From Cyanobacteria bacterium P01_A01_bin.123 (GTDB lineage: Bacteria; Cyanobacteriota; Cyanobacteriia; Phormidesmidales; Phormidesmidaceae), in contig JBCBZT010000036.1 of the NCBI GenBank assembly GCA_039815185.1, positions 1 to 64,000 of the forward strand: a DNA stretch of 64,000 nt. The letters run 5' to 3'. Under the pieces are notes generated by a model, which made no database searches, had not been told where the DNA came from, and saw nothing but the letters and a program-made list of their open reading frames with translations. Positions 61,521-64,000 of the stretch are shown one piece after another. Every line of letters begins with the position of its first letter. The stretch's first letter is position 1. The translations under genes and the position numbers were made by a program.

Positions 61521-63911
61521 ATGTTAACCAGGAATGAGCTTTGGGATAAATTCGCAAATTATGAAAATTTTCTATTGGCTTGGCAAAGAACCGTAAATGT
61601 CACCAGCCGAATGGTTCATGAAAAGCTAGGAATGGAAATATTTGCATATAATCTCCAATCTAATCTTGAAGATTTGGTGCAGCAGGTCAAATCAGAAGAT
61701 TTCCCTTACTCGCCTCTTGCTGATCACAAAGTTTACCTCCCAAAGCCATCGACTACTCTACGCACTATGTCATTGATGGCTGTTCCAGATGTAATTGTGT
61801 ATCAAGCACTAGTTAATGTGATTGCTGATCACTCTCATTTTCACCTTGTAAGTCATGAAAATGAACACGTTTTAGGAAACCTTTATGCAGGAACCGGAAG
61901 GCGTTGGATGCTACAGCCATGGAAGCGCCAATATTCCAGGTTTGTAAAGCGCGTTGAGAAGTTATACGGCATTGGGAATTCTTGGATTGCCTCAACAGAT
62001 ATAGTGGCTTTTTATGACACTATTGATCATGAGAGACTATTGAGTCTAATTCGACAATATTGTGGCAAAGAAGATAAGTTTGAGAGCCTTTTTCGCCAAT
62101 GTTTGTCCAAGTGGTCAGCACATAATGCAACTTCTACTATGGGTCGAGGTATCCCACAAGGTAGCAATGCATCTGACTTCCTTGCCAATCTATATTTACA
62201 TGGAATAGATTGTAAGCTTATCTCTAGCGGATACCATTACATTCGATATGTTGATGATGTCAGAATTCTTGGGCCAGATAAATCAACTGTTCAGCGTGGT
62301 CTTATATTATTTGATCTTGAACTAAAGTGTGCTGGATTGGTAGCCCAAGTTTCAAAAACAAGCGTTCATGAAATTGAAGATATAGAGAAAGAAGTTTCGC
62401 GGCTCAGATTTATAATCACCGATCCAACTGGTACAGGTGAATATATTCTTCTTGAGACGCCTTCTCTACCTACTAGTGAGCAGGCTGGATCAGTCGAAAG
62501 CTTGGTAGAAAACACACCAAGTGAGCAAACAGAGTTTGAACAAAACGAATCGTGTAAAGATTGCCCTGATGAAGAGGAGGAAGGCTATGTTCCAGATCAA
62601 AATATTGATATACATGAATACAAATCTAAAAAACTTCAGGAACAATTACGCAATAAATTCTTAGAGGCATTTAACTTATTAAACGATCTCGCCCGAGCTA
62701 AAGAAGCTGAGTCTCACATAACCTTTTGTTTATATCGACTTGAACCTCATATCACACTACGCAGCCAAGCAATTACCTTACTATCTAGGTTGCCTTGGCG
62801 ATCTGAAGCGATATCAGCTTTCTTAGGGCGATTTAAGAGTGATTCTTTTGTCATAGAGGAGTTAAGAAAATTTATATCTGAGCATACAGTTTATTCTTGG
62901 CATCGTGCCAATACTCTTTGGACGCTATACAAAACAAGTGCAGCTAAGGATGTCGCACCTCAATGCAGGGAATGGTTGGCTAATGATCAACTTGATTGGT
63001 ATGCAAGAACAATTGCAGCAAGAATATTAGCAGAAGTTCCGAGTCAACACTCCTACCTAGTTGAATGCTTAAAAAAAGAGCAGAACAACACAAATGAAGA
63101 TGGTGAGGCAACTTCTGTACTCCGTCAGGAATTAGCTTACAGTGCTTTTCGAAGAATAAAATCGTTTAAGAAACAATTAGCATTACTACAACTTATTTGT
63201 TCAGATAAAAGCCCTATACTTCATCGACTAGCCATTTATATTCTTCAACAGCCTAAGTGCAAAGTAAAGTGGAACGATCTCAAATCTTATCATAATAACT
63301 TAAGTATACTATCAGGTTTGATTGAGAAATTAGGCATATCAGATGATGTATCAAAGCCTTGCTTTATAGCTGAGACTATAACAAGAACATATCAAATTTA
63401 TTTGCCTAAGACTGATCTTCGATTTCTCTATTCAAATCACTATGATAAGGCCATTGAAACTCTACGAGAATCCGTAATCTCTTTCCAAAAATCTCCTAGT
63501 TTATATGTGAGAAGCTTTCACCAATTTACACACACAACACTAATTGCATTTTATGAATATGCCCTTCCTTCAGAAGGAGGGATACGGACTTCGTATTACC
63601 ACGATCTTATTCACAGAAAAGTATTTAAGGAAAAATGCCCGATTAGTGTGAGTACGTGGGAGAGGCTAAATGAGATGAGAAACCTTGTTGATCACCCGAT
63701 AGACAAGAAAACTCAATCTCATTCCAAAAAAATTACCGTCCAAGAAATTGAGTTTTTGCATAAACAAATTAAGGTGGCTCTTCAAGAACTCTTTGATTTT
63801 TGGTTGAGTATAAAGGTGCCGAAAAGCGATACAGCGACTTCAGATGCTATATTGACATCAGTTGAAGTCAGTACTGAAATAATTGAAGCTACCGTAACTA
63901 CTGTATCCTAG
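61521..63911 (+). CDS. Reverse transcriptase of UG/Abi (defence-associated) type with helical-repeat region and C-terminal HEPN-like motif
   Basis: LPKP..LRTMSL...D.IVYQA, DIVAFYDTIDH, GIPQGSNASDFLANLYL, YIRYVDD (YVDD at 62247-62258); acidic linker; helical repeats; RNLVDH at 63678-63695. Alternative TTG start at 61500. Confidence 0.88.
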   Translation: MLTRNELWDKFANYENFLLAWQRTVNVTSRMVHEKLGMEIFAYNLQSNLEDLVQQVKSEDFPYSPLADHKVYLPKPSTTLRTMSLMAVPDVIVYQALVNVIADHSHFHLVSHENEHVLGNLYAGTGRRWMLQPWKRQYSRFVKRVEKLYGIGNSWIASTDIVAFYDTIDHERLLSLIRQYCGKEDKFESLFRQCLSKWSAHNATSTMGRGIPQGSNASDFLANLYLHGIDCKLISSGYHYIRYVDDVRILGPDKSTVQRGLILFDLELKCAGLVAQVSKTSVHEIEDIEKEVSRLRFIITDPTGTGEYILLETPSLPTSEQAGSVESLVENTPSEQTEFEQNESCKDCPDEEEEGYVPDQNIDIHEYKSKKLQEQLRNKFLEAFNLLNDLARAKEAESHITFCLYRLEPHITLRSQAITLLSRLPWRSEAISAFLGRFKSDSFVIEELRKFISEHTVYSWHRANTLWTLYKTSAAKDVAPQCREWLANDQLDWYARTIAARILAEVPSQHSYLVECLKKEQNNTNEDGEATSVLRQELAYSAFRRIKSFKKQLALLQLICSDKSPILHRLAIYILQQPKCKVKWNDLKSYHNNLSILSGLIEKLGISDDVSKPCFIAETITRTYQIYLPKTDLRFLYSNHYDKAIETLRESVISFQKSPSLYVRSFHQFTHTTLIAFYEYALPSEGGIRTSYYHDLIHRKVFKEKCPISVSTWERLNEMRNLVDHPIDKKTQSHSKKITVQEIEFLHKQIKVALQELFDFWLSIKVPKSDTATSDAILTSVEVSTEIIEATVTTVS

Positions 63912-63921
63912 TCATGATGAA

Positions 63922-64000
63922 GTCTAATAATTCGCTTGGAGCACATTAACAGAAGCTCCTAGTGTATTGCGGTGGCTGTCTACAGCTGCTCGAGCAAATC
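63922..64000 (+). other. attC-like site, truncated by the window end
   Basis: GTCTAAT-AATTC-GCTTGGAGCA pairs with TGCTCGAGC-AAATC at the window end with one extra G; the expected GTT would begin at 64001. Confidence 0.6.

Noticed and set aside
61500..63911. RT as a retron, group II intron, DGR or CRISPR-associated RT
   Set aside because: No VTG or NAxxH motifs, intron domain V/VI, TR/VR repeat pair, avd or cas1 seen; the long helical C-terminus fits the UG/Abi type.

Overview
Cyanobacterial chromosome segment. Evidence: abundant HIP1 octamer GCGATCGC, psbI, and cyanobacterial-type sat, gloA, eno and dnaB. Bases 1-33.7 kb are mostly core or conserved genes: WD40/TPR protein end, PlsY-PEP-utiliser fusion, purU, Gld-like ABC cluster, psbI, LptD-like protein, dnaB, nnr, mnmA, sat, pseudo-caspase, dacB, rplI, ppsA, pfkB. 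A polysaccharide/glycosylation cluster spans 42-55.5 kb, followed by eno, gloA and dsbA. Two accessory patches carry integron signatures. (1) A GC-rich 2.8-kb cassette (33.76-36.56 kb) encodes a TetR-dioxygenase fusion and a DUF4336 protein, ends in a canonical attC, and is internally bracketed by a second pair of palindromic sites. (2) At the right end, a 12-codon remnant of an integron integrase faces away from an attI-like site. It is followed by an AT-rich cassette encoding a ~800-aa reverse transcriptase (YVDD) with a helical-repeat middle region and a C-terminal RxxxxH HEPN-like motif, closed by an attC-like hairpin cut by the window edge. This RT-helical repeat-HEPN integron cassette is the best candidate for an undescribed anti-phage system. 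Several gene truncations fall at HIP1 sites, and a four-copy double-hairpin repeat family is present. All family assignments come from motif recognition by eye; no searches were run.
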